NCBI GenBank assembly: GCA_013239625.1
Contig: MU054026.1
Coordinates: 868,001-932,000, forward strand
DNA from: Lama guanicoe
Taxonomy: Eukaryota
Reading direction: 5' to 3'
Length of the DNA stretch: 64,000 bases
Position 1 is the stretch's first letter, and the number at the start of each line of letters is the position of its first letter. Below the pieces are notes generated by a model. That model did no database searches. It was not told the origin of the DNA and saw only the letters and a list, made by a program, of their open reading frames with translations. The translations under genes were made by a program, and so were the position numbers. Of this stretch, positions 52,333-64,000 are shown piece by piece.

Positions 52333-55300
52333 ATGGCAATAAACACACATCTATCAATAGTTACTATAAATGTCAATGGACTAAATGCTCCCATCAAAAA
52401 ACATAGAGTAGTAGACTGGATAATAAAACAAGAGCATACAATATGCTGCCTATAAGAGACCCACCTTAGGGGAAAAGACACACATAGATTGAAAGTCAGA
52501 AGGTGGAAAAAGATACTTCATGCAAAAGAAAATGACAAGAAAGCAGAAGTAGCAATACTCACATCAGCAAAATAGACTTTAAAACAAAGGCCATAAAGAA
52601 AGGCACTATATAGTAACAAAAGGAATGATACAAGAAGAAATTACACTCATTACCATATATGCACCTAATATAGGAACACTTAAATATATAAAAAAAATAC
52701 TAACAGACATAAAGGGAGAGATTGATGGAAATACAATAATAGTAGGAAATTTTAACACCTCGCTAACATCATTGGACAGGTGTTCCAAACAGAAAATCTG
52801 CAAGGCAATGAATATACTAAATGACACAAAAGAACAGTTATACTTGGTTGATATAATTAGGGCATTACATCACCAAAAAAAAAAAAACACAGAAAATACA
52901 TTCCTTTTAAGTGCACATGGAACATTCTCTAGGACAGACCATATACTCAGACTCAAAAGAAGCCTCAGCAAATTTAGGAGGACAGAAATTATTTCAAGAA
53001 TCTTTCCTGACCACGATGACATGAAGCTAAAAATCAACCACAAAAAAAGAATGAGGAAAAAAATGACTATATGGAGACTAAACAACATGCTAGTAAAAAA
53101 ACCAATGGTTCAACAATGAAATCAAAGAACAAATTAAAAAACACTTTGAGTTTCAAAATTTGTAGATACTGACAGGCATGTGTAGAATAGATAAACAATA
53201 TTATACTGTATAGCACAGGGAAATACATACAAGATCTTGTGTTAGCTCACAGTGAGAAAAAAAAGTGACAATGAGTAATTGAAAAACTGTACTCTACACT
53301 GGAATTTGACACAACATTGTAAAATGACTATAACTCAATAAAAAATGTTAAAAAAATACTTTGAGACAAATAATAATGAAAACACAACCACATGAAACCT
53401 ATGAGATGCAGCAAAAGTAGTCCTAAGGGGAAGTTCATGGTGATACAGCCTTCCTCAAAAAACAAGAGCAATCTCAAATAAACAACCTAACCTTCCACTT
53501 CAAAGAATTAGAAAAAGAAGAACAAACAAAACCTAAAGTCAGCAGAAGGGAATAAATAATGAAGATTAGGAAGAAAATAAATTAAATAGAGATTAAAACA
53601 CAATAGAAAAAATCAATCAAACCAAGGGCTGGTTTTTTGAAAGAGTAAACAAAATTGACAAACCCCTAGCCAGATCACCAAGAAGAAAAGGGAGAAAACA
53701 CAAATAAACCAAATAAGAAAGGAAAATGGAGAGATTACAACCAATGCCATGAAATACAAAGAAAAAAGAAAAGAAAAGAAGAGAAAAGAAAAGAAAAGAA
53801 AAGAAGAAAAGAATACTATGAACACTATATGGGAAAAAACTGGACAACCTAGAAAAAATGGACAAGTTTCTAGAAACATGCAGTCCTCCAAAGCTGAATC
53901 AAAAAAAAAAGTAGATCATTTGAACAAACCAATCACTAGAAATAAAATAGAATCAAAAATGAAAAACCTCCCTGCAAACAAAAGTCCAGGATCAGAAGGC
54001 TTCAATGGGAATTCTACCAACATACAGAGAAGCTCATACTGATCCTTCTCAAACTCTTCCAAAAGATTGAAGAGGAGGGAATACTCCCAAACTCATTCTC
54101 TGACACCACCATCACCCTGATACCAAAGCCAAAGAAACTACCAAAAAAAGAAAATTGCAGGCCAACATCATTGATGAACATAGGTGCAAAACTCCTCAAA
54201 AAATATTAGCAAACAGATGTGAAAACATATAAAAAAGATCACAGACTATGGTTAAGTTGGTTTCATCCCAAGGACACAAGGACGGTTAAACATATGCCAA
54301 TCAATCGACATGATACACCACATCAAGAAAAAAAGGACCAAAATTACATGATCATCTCAGTAGATGCAGAAAAAAACATTTGATAAAATTCAACACCCAT
54401 TTATGATAAAAACGCTTACCAAAATGAGCAAAGAGGTAGCATATTTCAACACCATAAAAGTTATTTATGGAAAACCCACAGCCAGCATAATATCCAATGG
54501 CAAAACTTGAAAGCCTTCCCACTAAAATCTGGAACAAGACAAGGATGCCCACTCTCACCACTTTTATTCAATATAGTATTGAATGTCCTACCCATAGAAA
54601 TCCAGCAAGAAAAATACATAAAAGGGATCCAAACTTGAAGAGAAGTGGTAAAATTGTCACTATATACAGATGACATGATACTATATATAGAAAACCCTAA
54701 AGGCTCCACACAAAAACTACTACAACTAATAAAAAAATTTTGGCAAGGTAGCAGGATAAAAGGTTAACATATAGAAATCAGCTGCATTTCTTTACGCTAA
54801 CAATGAAACATCAGAAAAGGAAAGTAAAGAAACAATCTCTTTTAAAATTGCATCCAAAGAAATGAAATAATTAGGAATAAATCTGACAAAGGAAGGGAAA
54901 GATTTATACATGGAGAACTATAAAACTTTGTCTAAGGAAATTAAAGATGACTTTAAGAAATGGAAAGATATCCCATGCTCTTGGATTGGAAGAATTAATA
55001 TTGTTCAAATGACCACACTACCCAAAACGATCTACAGATTTAATGCAATCCCTATCCAATTACTCAGGACATTTTTCACAAAACTAAAACAAATGATCTT
55101 AAAATTTATATCGAATCACAAAAGACCCAGAATTGCCAAAGCAATACTGAAGAAAATGAATGAAGCTGGAGGAATAACTGCAGACAATACTACAGAGCTA
55201 CAGTAACCAAAATAGTGTGATATTGGCACAAAAACAGACATGTGGGTCAGTGGAACGGAACAGACAGCCCAGAAATAAATGCACCAACTTACAGTCAATC

Positions 55301-55705
55301 TTTGACAAAGGAGGCAAGAATATACAATGGAGAAAAGACAGTCTCTTCAGTAAGTGGTGTTGGGAAAACTGGACAGCTGCATGTAAATTTATGTAGTTGA
55401 AACACTCCCTCACACCATATACAAAAATAAACTCACAATGGCTTAAAGACTTAAATATAAGGGAAGACACTATACACCTTTTAGGAGAAAACAGACAAAA
55501 CATTCTCTGACATAAATCTTAGCAATGTTCTCCTTGGGCAGTCTACCCAGGCAATAGAAATAAAAACAAAAATAAACAAATGGGATCTATTTAAACGTAT
55601 ATGCTTTTGCACATTAAAGTGGACCATAAGCAAAACAAAATGACAACTTACGGATATGAGAAAATATTTGCAAATGATGAGACTGACAAAGGCTTAATTT
55701 CAAAT
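52333..55705 (+). pseudogene. L1 ORF2p remnant (APE-like endonuclease + reverse transcriptase), disrupted
   Basis: MAINTHLSIVTINVNGLNAPIK start, IYAPN / IIVGNFNT / FPDHD endonuclease motifs (ORF 52625-53119), [10 protein letters not shown] and LYTDDMILY RT motifs at ~54530-54690; many frameshifts. Confidence 0.95.
53151..53350 (+). mobile_element. Short L1 3' end nested inside ORF2 with 15-bp TSD
   Basis: aaaaaacactttgag (53136-53150) / aaaaaatactttgag (53351-53365); ORF2 resumes seamlessly after it. Confidence 0.93.
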
Positions 55706-56582
55706 CTGGGCAATTTCCCTGAATGATAGTTTACAGACTTGCTTCCTTCCGCAGAATGAAATGGTTGGACTTGGTAGCTGTTCCCCAGACTAAACCTCTC
55801 TAAGATTTTCTGAACCACCTAAATGATTTCATCATGACTCAAAAAGTATAAAGAGAAGGAGCAAGAGAGAAATGAAATCCAAAATCTAACAACAAAGGAA
55901 GGGAAACCATCAGTCAAATGAAATGTACAAAGACTTATTTGTTTAGGGAAATGAACCAAACACTACTATTATTCATGGGAAGGGCAGTCATCAGGTTTTC
56001 AAAGATTCATCATATGAAACTAGGTGCCACTACTCCGTTTCCTAGACTGTATCATCTAGCAAACAGAACATTCTGATGGAACTCAGAATTCACAAGGTCT
56101 TCCCAGGCTTGGAAGAGTTCAAGAGGTCAGGGACTGCTGAGGGAGGAAGCGAATGTACTAACTTAATTTAACAGGATAAAAGCAGGGCATTATACATTCA
56201 GGACCAAGAAAGGAGGGAGTAAAATCAGTTCTATGGCTGTTAAGAATCTTACTATCCTTAGGTCATCTCCACATTTGCTCCTTTTTTAATAGTTTGGATT
56301 TTCTCCTTACTTGCGAATGTCTTAGAGTGAAAGGACAGAGTGGAATCGATTTTAAGCATGGGGAAACGGACTAGGTTGTGCCCTACTTCTTAGAAGATGA
56401 AGGTTGAGAAAAATACAAAAGAATGGAATGGCAGCTGATAACAAGGGATAAGTGCATGCTGATTTCCTGATCCAGTGCCCAGAAGCAAGAACAGTGAAGT
56501 CTGTGTGGACTTGAGAAAAGCCCTGGCCCCAAGCAATAAAAGAAACCACAAGTATAATATTCTGAAAGGCTGAGATCTTAGT

Positions 56583-56658
56583 CCAGTGGTTGAAAATTAT
56601 CATCTCTATTCTTTCCTGTCCCAGTGGTTGAAAAATGACCATCTCTATTCCTCCCTGT
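56583..56658. repeat. Diverged 38-bp tandem duplication
   Basis: ccagtggttgaaaattatcatctctattctttcctgt / ccagtggttgaaaaatgaccatctctattcctccctgt. Confidence 0.9.
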
Positions 56659-57294
56659 TGCATCTATGTTACTCATCTACAAACTTATAAGAAACAAAGA
56701 ATATATAATCTTCCACAAGTGAGCCGTCTAGGTAGTGTTAAACTACCTCAATTCATTCCTGTGTTCTCAGAGACTAGCCGGTGTCAGGGGCACTGGAAAT
56801 AAATGAGTAAGTTCTTGCATGTTTAATGGTAATTAGATCTCTTCATCCTTCCTTTTTTCTAATTTATGATTAGAAACTGCCCCCAACCCAAGAAGATCAG
56901 TTTGATGGCTTCCATCCCCAGCTCAGCTGCCTGTTCTTTATGGTTTTTATTTTAATTCTTGCCTGTTAAACATTCGGAACTGTTCCTTCCTGAGGGGTGC
57001 TTTGGTGCTTTCTGAGTTTGAATTTGGATACACCAACTCACGCAACGGGATAAATGAGTATAAGGGCGATTTCGCTCTATGCAATGATCCATTGCAAAAA
57101 CGAACAAGCAAAAAAAAAAGCCCTCTAACTGGGGGTGTCTCATCATTTGAGGAAGAGGAGATAGGGAACTTGGGCAACCTAAGGAGAAGATAGTATCTTT
57201 GGAGTCAGCAAGCCTCTTGCCCTGCAGGTGGTCCTAACCCACATTACTCAGTCTTAAAGGGACTCCTCACTGAAAGGGTACAGGATGTCTTTTT

Positions 57295-57512
57295 TTCTTT
57301 TTAAGGCTTAGTCAGTTTACAATGCTGTGTCAATTTCTGGCGTACATCACAATTCTTCAGTCATACATGAATATACATATATTTATTCTCATATTCTTTT
57401 TCACCGTGAGCTACTACAAGATATTGAATGTATTTCCCTGTGCCTTAAGGTATAAACTTGTTTATCTGTTTTGTATATACCAGTCGGTATCTGCAAATCT
57501 TAAACTCCCAGT
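57295..57512 (-). mobile_element. Short L1 3' end
   Basis: 'tagtcagtttacaatgctgtgtcaatttctgg..gtgagctactacaagatattg..tttccctgtgc'; gtcttttt on both sides. Confidence 0.88.
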
Positions 57513-58517
57513 CGTCTTTTTACGAGTATGTAAACCATCAAATTCACAGAAGCCTCTCTCTTCTGCTACAAAGACAATATCCCTTTGCCACAGCTCAGTG
57601 ACTTCAGTGAGATAATTCTGCCAAAGCCTGATGGGGCAGCGCACTGTAAATTTGGGGATATTTTACTTCAGCCCTCCAATGACATGCCACCACTTCCTGT
57701 TATTAATAATTTCTCTAGGGTTCACCTCTGGAGCATTCAAGAAAAATCAGCATGACGTTTGCATTTAAGGAAAAACCAGGCTGCAGGCTTCTGCTCTGAA
57801 TTGTTCCTGAGTTTATTTTTTACTGAGATTCCCGAAATGCAAAACAACTGGTGTCTTATCAGGCAAAGACAGATCCCCTGAGCCTTTTACCATTCCGCCT
57901 GCAATTTTGAATATTTCCTCTGTAACCACACAGCATGCCAAATGAGGCTAGACTCTTTAAAGCGAAATGAGGCAATTGGAATGTCAATTTTATTTGGTAA
58001 TACATTGAAAACACTAAACAGCATATCCAGCTGATTGACAGAATCCATCCAACTGTTAAAGGGCAAAACAAAACTATCTCAAGAGGTACAGTTATGCAGA
58101 TTTTGCTTTTACCTATAGGCGTATATTGAGATAGAGAATATTAAAGCATAATTCAACACCTGGAATTGTCTGACTGAAGATATTCAAAGTGAGAGTAAGG
58201 CAGTTAGAAGCAGGGATACCATGTCACATTTTCTCTCTTATTCTTCGTTAAGCCTTTAAACTTTTTCCACAGGGCTGTCCTTTCTTTTCAGTTTCTTTTC
58301 CATCAAGGATGGCATGGACCCCTTCTTGCGGATTTATTTCACTAAACCATATAAAGCATCACCAGTGCAGAATCTGAGGGCTGCAGTGGTCTTAAAAAAT
58401 GCACAGTTAAACTCTCGGGCCAGGCTCAAGCTCTCTTCTGTAATGACCTAAGGGAAAAATAAATTATATTAAAAGGGGAGGAAGGAGGAGACATTTAGAT
58501 CAAGAAAGTATGCTCTC

Positions 58518-58676
58518 GCACAAGGAAATATATAAAAGGTCTTATGGTAGCTCACAGAGAAAAAAATGTGACAATGAATATATGTATGTTCATGTATAAC
58601 TGAAAAATTGTGCTCTACACTGGAATTTGACACAGCATTGTAAAATGATTATAAATCAATAAAAAATGTTCAAAAA
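58518..58676 (+). mobile_element. Short L1 3' end with 16-bp TSD
   Basis: aagaaagtatgctctc (58502-58517) / aagaaagtatgttctc (58677-58692). Confidence 0.93.
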
Positions 58677-58892
58677 AAGAAAGTATGTTCTCTACCAGTC
58701 TTGTGGACCTCAATTATATGAAAAATAATAATAATAATGTAAAATGTGAGAATTTGTTTTTAAGGGAAGACTCCTAGAATTTGAACTTGAATCTGAACCT
58801 GAAGGACAAATAGAAAATCAGAACGTCTGAAAGGGCAGTAGATGAGAATGGATTAAAAATGGAACTGGAAATCAGTTCTCCAGACTTTAAAA

Positions 58893-59125
58893 GAAGTAAC
58901 ATAGCATAGTAGGTGAAAAGCATGACTTTAGGTTAAAGCTACTTTGTTTCAAGGCCCAGGTCAACTAGTTTTCAGCTTTAATAATTTGGCTTCACTTTTC
59001 TCATCTGTAACCTTAGGATGCTAACATCAGTCCCAAAGGTTCTTTGCTAGGGTTAGAAGAAATCATCTATAAAAGTTATATTGTGTGTACTGGGCACATG
59101 TTAAAGCTCTTTACCTATTAGTTCG
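58893..59125 (+). mobile_element. MIR SINE
   Basis: 'atagcatagtaggtgaaaagcatgacttt..gcttcacttttctcatctgtaa..tactgggcacatgttaaagctc'. Confidence 0.7.
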
Positions 59126-60224
59126 CATTAGTTGTAGTCTGAAACTTTTAGTTAAGAATGTCAGGGTGAAGTTGTCATGAAACTTTAAAAATAATCTCTG
59201 ACAAAAGGAAACTAAAAGCCAAACGCCACCATTATGATACATAAGCCTTTCTCTAGCCCAGCAATTCAGAGCAAGCTTAAAGCTTTAGGAGTCTTTTGTG
59301 GCATTTAGCCATGTCATGGCTAATGTTATTGTAATAAACCCTCTGGAGATTATTAACTGACTATGGTCCAGAAATTATGCTTCATTTACTAAACAGTGGA
59401 ATGTGTGTTACTGTAACTGTGTGCTGATAATCCTGCTTTAAATTTAGCACTCCTATTTGACTCTACTAGATTAGCCACACTGGCTCTAAGAAAGCAGTAA
59501 GGCTATCTTTGCTCATGTGTCCCAACTGCCCTTTTTGCTCACACTGGCCTATTTATTGTCTTTAAATTACTCACATATTTATTTATCTACATGTTGACTT
59601 TTCTTGCCAGATGGAAGTATGTGACGAACTAGAACGTCATCAGTCTAGAACCCTAAGTGGCCGTGGCTGGCTCTGGAGTGTGGAGACCTCCCAGGTTAGC
59701 CATATTGGGTATGTGGCAGAACTAAGAAGGAAGCTTTGCTCAAAGCAAGTGGTTGAACTGGGATGTAAAAACAGGTCTATCTGACTCCAAAGCAAAGTCC
59801 TTCATTCTAGGCTTTGATAAATTAACCTCGCCCAGGGCTATTCCACAGAGATGAGTAGCTGTCATGTTCTAACCCTGTTAGACATAGAATGTCTGGATTT
59901 CCTCCTCTCTCTTTCATTCCTGCCTGTAAACACACCACTCCTTTTTGAGTTCATTTCCATCATATAGTAACTTAATAAATGTAGTTAAAAAGCAACCAAC
60001 AGACGTTATTATCCTGTATCCTTACCACTAATTGGACAAAGTCATAAGTTTGTTAATTTGTCTGATCTCTAATTAATCACAGGAGACAATCTGAACAAAT
60101 CTTTTGACACTGCACAGCATGTGTTGCCACTTATTTTTCAGTTTCACGTGATGACTTTGCCCACCAGAACCCAACGACGTAAATTTTGCATGTTTCTGAA
60201 GCAACACCACATTTTCTAGTACCA

Positions 60225-60600
60225 TTTTCTAGATTAATCAGCTTTCATTAGGCTATATTTACATCAAAACAGTCTCAAAATTTCTGCTGCTTGTGAAAAT
60301 ATTTATCTCGTGTTCCCACTTCCTAGTAGCAGCTGGAGGGTAGACCATGGCAACTCAGCTCCAGGTGGTTGGTTGGATCATGCTTTGTCCTGCCTATCTT
60401 CTTATTATGGGGCTCTGGCTGAAAGAGCACATCTTATCTGGAATATAATGTTCCCATGATGGATAGCAGGTGGCAAGAGACAGAGAGAATTGTACCCATG
60501 TTCCAGTGGTCAAAAGACAGACAAAGAAACATAAACTCAGTGAAATGAAATGTATTCACAACTCACACTGAAGGATGGCAAGGATGAGAAGGAACAAAGA
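60225..60600 (-). mobile_element. Old MLT1 (J/K-like) LTR
   Basis: 'tagattaatcagctttcattaggctat..cagtctcaaaatttctgctgctt..atttatctc..ggctgaaagagca..tatctggaatat'. Confidence 0.5.
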
Positions 60601-60619
60601 ATTGTTTAAAAAAATAGAC

Positions 60620-61880
60620 TCTACCAAAATCAGTTATATGTAAATGCAGTATATTTTCCTGTCAAAAAGACAAATATTATCAGGCCAGCTTTTTAAAAAA
60701 GCACTTGTAATTGAAACACCTTACATGTAAAGATAAAGAAACAGTAAAATTCGAATGGAAATTAATGCAAAAAGAAAGCTGATACACTAACACAATATCA
60801 GGCAAAGTAGAGAGCAAGGTTTTAAAAATTGCTAGAGTTATTTTATGATGATAAAAATCAAGCAGTCAGGAAGATATTATAATTTGCATGTACTCAAAAA
60901 TGTAGCATCAGTTTATAAGAAAGAAAAGTTGACAGAACAAAAATTGAAAATTATAGTAAGAGATTTTAACACATCTCCCTCATCAATTGAAAGAGTAAGC
61001 ACGCAAAAAGTCAATAAGAGTCTAGAAGATCTGAAGAAAAAAAAACACAATCAAATATGCATATATAAGATGCTGTACCCAACAACTGAATAAGGCACAT
61101 TCACTTCAAATGAATCTGGAGCATTTATAGAAATTGAATTCATGTTATAAAGTAATTCTCAAAATGTATCAAAGAAACAAAATCACAGCATATTCCTAAA
61201 CAAATGAAATTAAGCTGCAAATTAATTTTTTGAAAAAGATTACTGGTAAACCCATAAATATTTAAGAAAAAATATACCTTCTAAATGGTCCATAGGTCAA
61301 AAAAGATATTACATAAAATTTAGAAACTATTTGGAACTAAATAGTAATGAAAATACTACATATCACAAATTGTAGGTTATCTAAAGCTGTGTTTAGAATG
61401 ATGTTTATGGTATTAGGTAACTATTTTAGAAAAGTAGAAAGACTCAAATTAAATGATCAAAATAGCAATTCCAAAAAGTCACAAAAAATGGGCAAATCAA
61501 ACCCAAAGAAAACAGAAAGAAGGAAATGATAAAGACAGAAATTAATGAAATAGAACACAGCCATGCAATAGAGAAGACTAAATCCAAGCTGAGGTTTTTG
61601 TAAAATTGTTAAAATAATAGTCCAGATAAGACAAATTAAAGGTGAAAAAAAAGGCGAGAGAGCACAAATAAACAATATCAAAAATGACAAAGTGAATGTC
61701 CATCAAGATTCCACAGACATAAAATAAGATAATAATGTGCCAATAATTCTGAAAAGTTAGATGAAAGACAAATTTCTACGAAAACAAAATTTACCAAAAC
61801 TTACACAAGAAGAATTAGAAAATCTGTATTGCCCTATGCCCTAGATATTGAATTAAATATGTAATAAAAACCTATCCACA
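60620..61880 (+). mobile_element. Old L1 ORF2 fragment (endonuclease onward)
   Basis: ORF 60845 contains IIVRDFNT and LYPTT; collinear with 52340-53990 but much more decayed. Confidence 0.8.
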
Positions 61881-62264
61881 ATTAGGCCTCTATGACGAGA
61901 AGCCTTCTTCAATGTGTGGGTACCAAAAGACAGGTACAAACATGGTCATATTAGCATTATCAATAACAGCAAAAAAAACTTAAAAGCAATATAACTGTTA
62001 CCATCAATGAATTTGATTAAAAAATGTACATTAATACAATAGAAAACTGTTCAATGCAAATGAATAAAATGATGTTACATGCAACCTAGATACGTTTTGT
62101 AAATGTAATAATGTTTAGAGAAAGAAATCAGATCCAAGAAATATTTTTATCAACCTTTTAATTTTAGAATACTTTTATATTTATAGAACTGTAACAAAGA
62201 TAGTATATATAGTTCCCAGTGTTCTACATCCAAGTTTTCCTATTGTTATATTATTATGGGACAC

Positions 62265-62667
62265 TCATTCATGAAAATCATTTATGAAAAGAAGAGTCAA
62301 TTGATGTGGGGAGCTTCATTGTTGCTTTATTTTAAGAAATTGTTGCAGCCACCTCAACCCCCAGCAATCACCACCCTGAGCAGCCATCAAAATTAAGGGA
62401 AAACTCTTCACTAGTAAAACGATTATGACTTACAAACGGCTCAGATGGTGGTTAGATTTTTTTTCTTTTTTTAAAAAAATAAAACACTTTAAAATTAAGG
62501 CATATTTTTTTCCTACATAATGCTATTGAACACTTAATAGATGACAGTATATTGTAAACATAACTTTTATATGCACTGGGAAACCACAAAATTTGTGTGA
62601 CAGTTTTTGTAGTTGAATTAATGCAGTGGTTTGGAATCAAACCCTCAGGATCTCCAAGGTATGCCTG
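62265..62667 (+). mobile_element. Tigger1 DNA transposon 3' end
   Basis: 'gaagagtcaattgatgtgg..cttcattgttgctttattttaagaaattg..gtaaacataacttttatatgcactgggaaacc..atctccaaggtatgcctg' ending in the TIR. Confidence 0.9.
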
Positions 62668-62769
62668 TCCAGTACTATTTCCATAGCTATATTTTAACAT
62701 CCACAGTAAATATAGGACGTGTAAAGTTTCTAAATAGACTCAGATTACTTCAGATCCATCACAAAACGA

Positions 62770-63300
62770 ATTGATTCTTGTCAGATTTTACAAACGAATA
62801 CATTAAGAAAAAAACTTTATTTGTCATATTATTTACATTTCTGAAATCCAATAACATGTTCTGGACTTGTGTTTTTAGTGAGAAAGTTCAGCATCATAAA
62901 GATTAAAAATTATCCCAAATTAACGTATAATTTCAATACAAATACATTCGAATCCCGAAATGTTTTGAATCACTGAATGTCATACAGAGATACTAAAATT
63001 AATAAGGAACAATAAAGGTAAAGATAAGAAAAAAAATTTGAAAAGGAGGCTAGAAGGAAACGAACAATAGGAATGATTTTGGACTGACCCCGTTCAGGCT
63101 CACTGTAAAGCGACAGCAGTGTAGGCAGTAGGGTATTAGTTAAGAGCTGGACGATAGCAATACAACGCATTAAAGAGCCAAGAAACATGACCAAAATATG
63201 TTTGAGAGTTTGATATATTGTTGGGGTGGCATTCCAAATCAGTGGGGAAATGAAAGCACATTCAATTGTACACTGACATTGAGTTATCATTTTGGATTAT
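62770..63300 (+). mobile_element. Very old L1 ORF2 fragment
   Basis: Decayed post-RT motifs ('tcccaaattaacgtataatttcaatacaaatacattcgaatccc', 'ggcattccaaatcagtggggaaa'). Confidence 0.55.
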
Positions 63301-64000
63301 TTGTGATGTATTAGAGATTATTTCCAGCAGCACAGAAAGGCCATTTTCCTTTGGGGAGAGTAAAAGTAGAAAGGGATTGGAGTTAAGTCTTTAATGAAAT
63401 ATATAATGTTTTTATACATTTGAAAAATTTCTGTATACAAATATACACATATATTTATGTTTTCCAATTATAAAAATGTAACATCACAAATAAATTATTG
63501 GAAAAATCAAATTTCATGTTCTTATTGAAATGATATACAGCAAAACAGCACCTTAATAGATGACATAACTGCATATTTTATTATTTGTAGCAGGATGAAG
63601 AATATGTATTTAACTGCGACCACTCATTACTTTGGGAGGTAACTTAGGAATCATGAACCCTCTATTTCAAAGCATGAAATGTAGTTGTATATATCCTTAG
63701 ATCCATTACCAGGTTATTAATTCCATGTTATTTAATTTAATGACTCAGTAATTTTCACATTCATTATAATGAAGTCTAAATGGAAATTAAATTTAGTAAA
63801 ATATTTTATCTCTTCTATATGTCCTCTGAAAAATTCTTATTAAATCACTGACCCAAAGTTTTATATTTTAAGACAAAGATTAACATGAAAGCATATTTTA
63901 AAAATACATTTTTATATTTCCATAAATTCTGTCTCACATCTTTATTGACAAATCATACACTATTCTTCCCTTTAACCTTGAGTTTTATATACCATAACTT

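Larger units (their letters stand above)
50375..55705 (+). mobile_element. Near-full-length degraded LINE-1 (5'UTR, ORF1, spacer, ORF2), 3' end missing
   Basis: Starts 'gccaagatg'; GC-richer 5'UTR; ORF1 and ORF2 homology in the correct order; ends abruptly at 'gactgacaaaggcttaatttcaaa' with no 3'UTR or A-tail. Confidence 0.95.

Noticed and set aside
52625..53119. Longest ORF (164 aa) as a host nuclease gene
   Set aside because: It is a fragment of the L1 ORF2p endonuclease between frameshifts.
1..64000. A novel multi-gene or prokaryote-type system
   Set aside because: No intact non-TE coding sequence, operon structure or array; the content is explained by mammalian repeats and non-coding DNA.

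Overview
AT-rich, CpG-depleted mammalian genomic DNA, intronic or intergenic, with no protein-coding exon I can support. The tRNA-derived SINEs and young L1 3' ends look camelid to me (alpaca/camel-like), but that is recognition from memory, not a database result. A large share of the window is transposable-element debris: a degraded near-full-length LINE-1 (~50.4-55.7 kb, missing its 3' end), a 2-kb 5'-truncated L1, many short L1 3' ends with target-site duplications (TSDs), ERV1 solo LTRs, MaLR/ERVL LTRs, L2, MIR, MER53, MER2 and Tigger1. The long ORFs in the supplied track are L1 remnants, microsatellite translations or chance ORFs. The most interesting structure is at 5492-5946: a full-length decayed U6 snRNA copy joined directly to ~300 nt of non-L1, 3'UTR-like sequence with AATAAA and an A-tail. 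The whole unit sits between candidate TSDs that split a MIR-like element, which suggests a U6-mRNA chimeric retrocopy. Also noted: a twin-priming inverted L1, nested insertions, an L1 subfamily-diagnostic deletion, and a few non-repeat candidate regulatory elements. I see no evidence for a new multi-gene system. Repeat family names and many boundaries are approximate by-eye calls.
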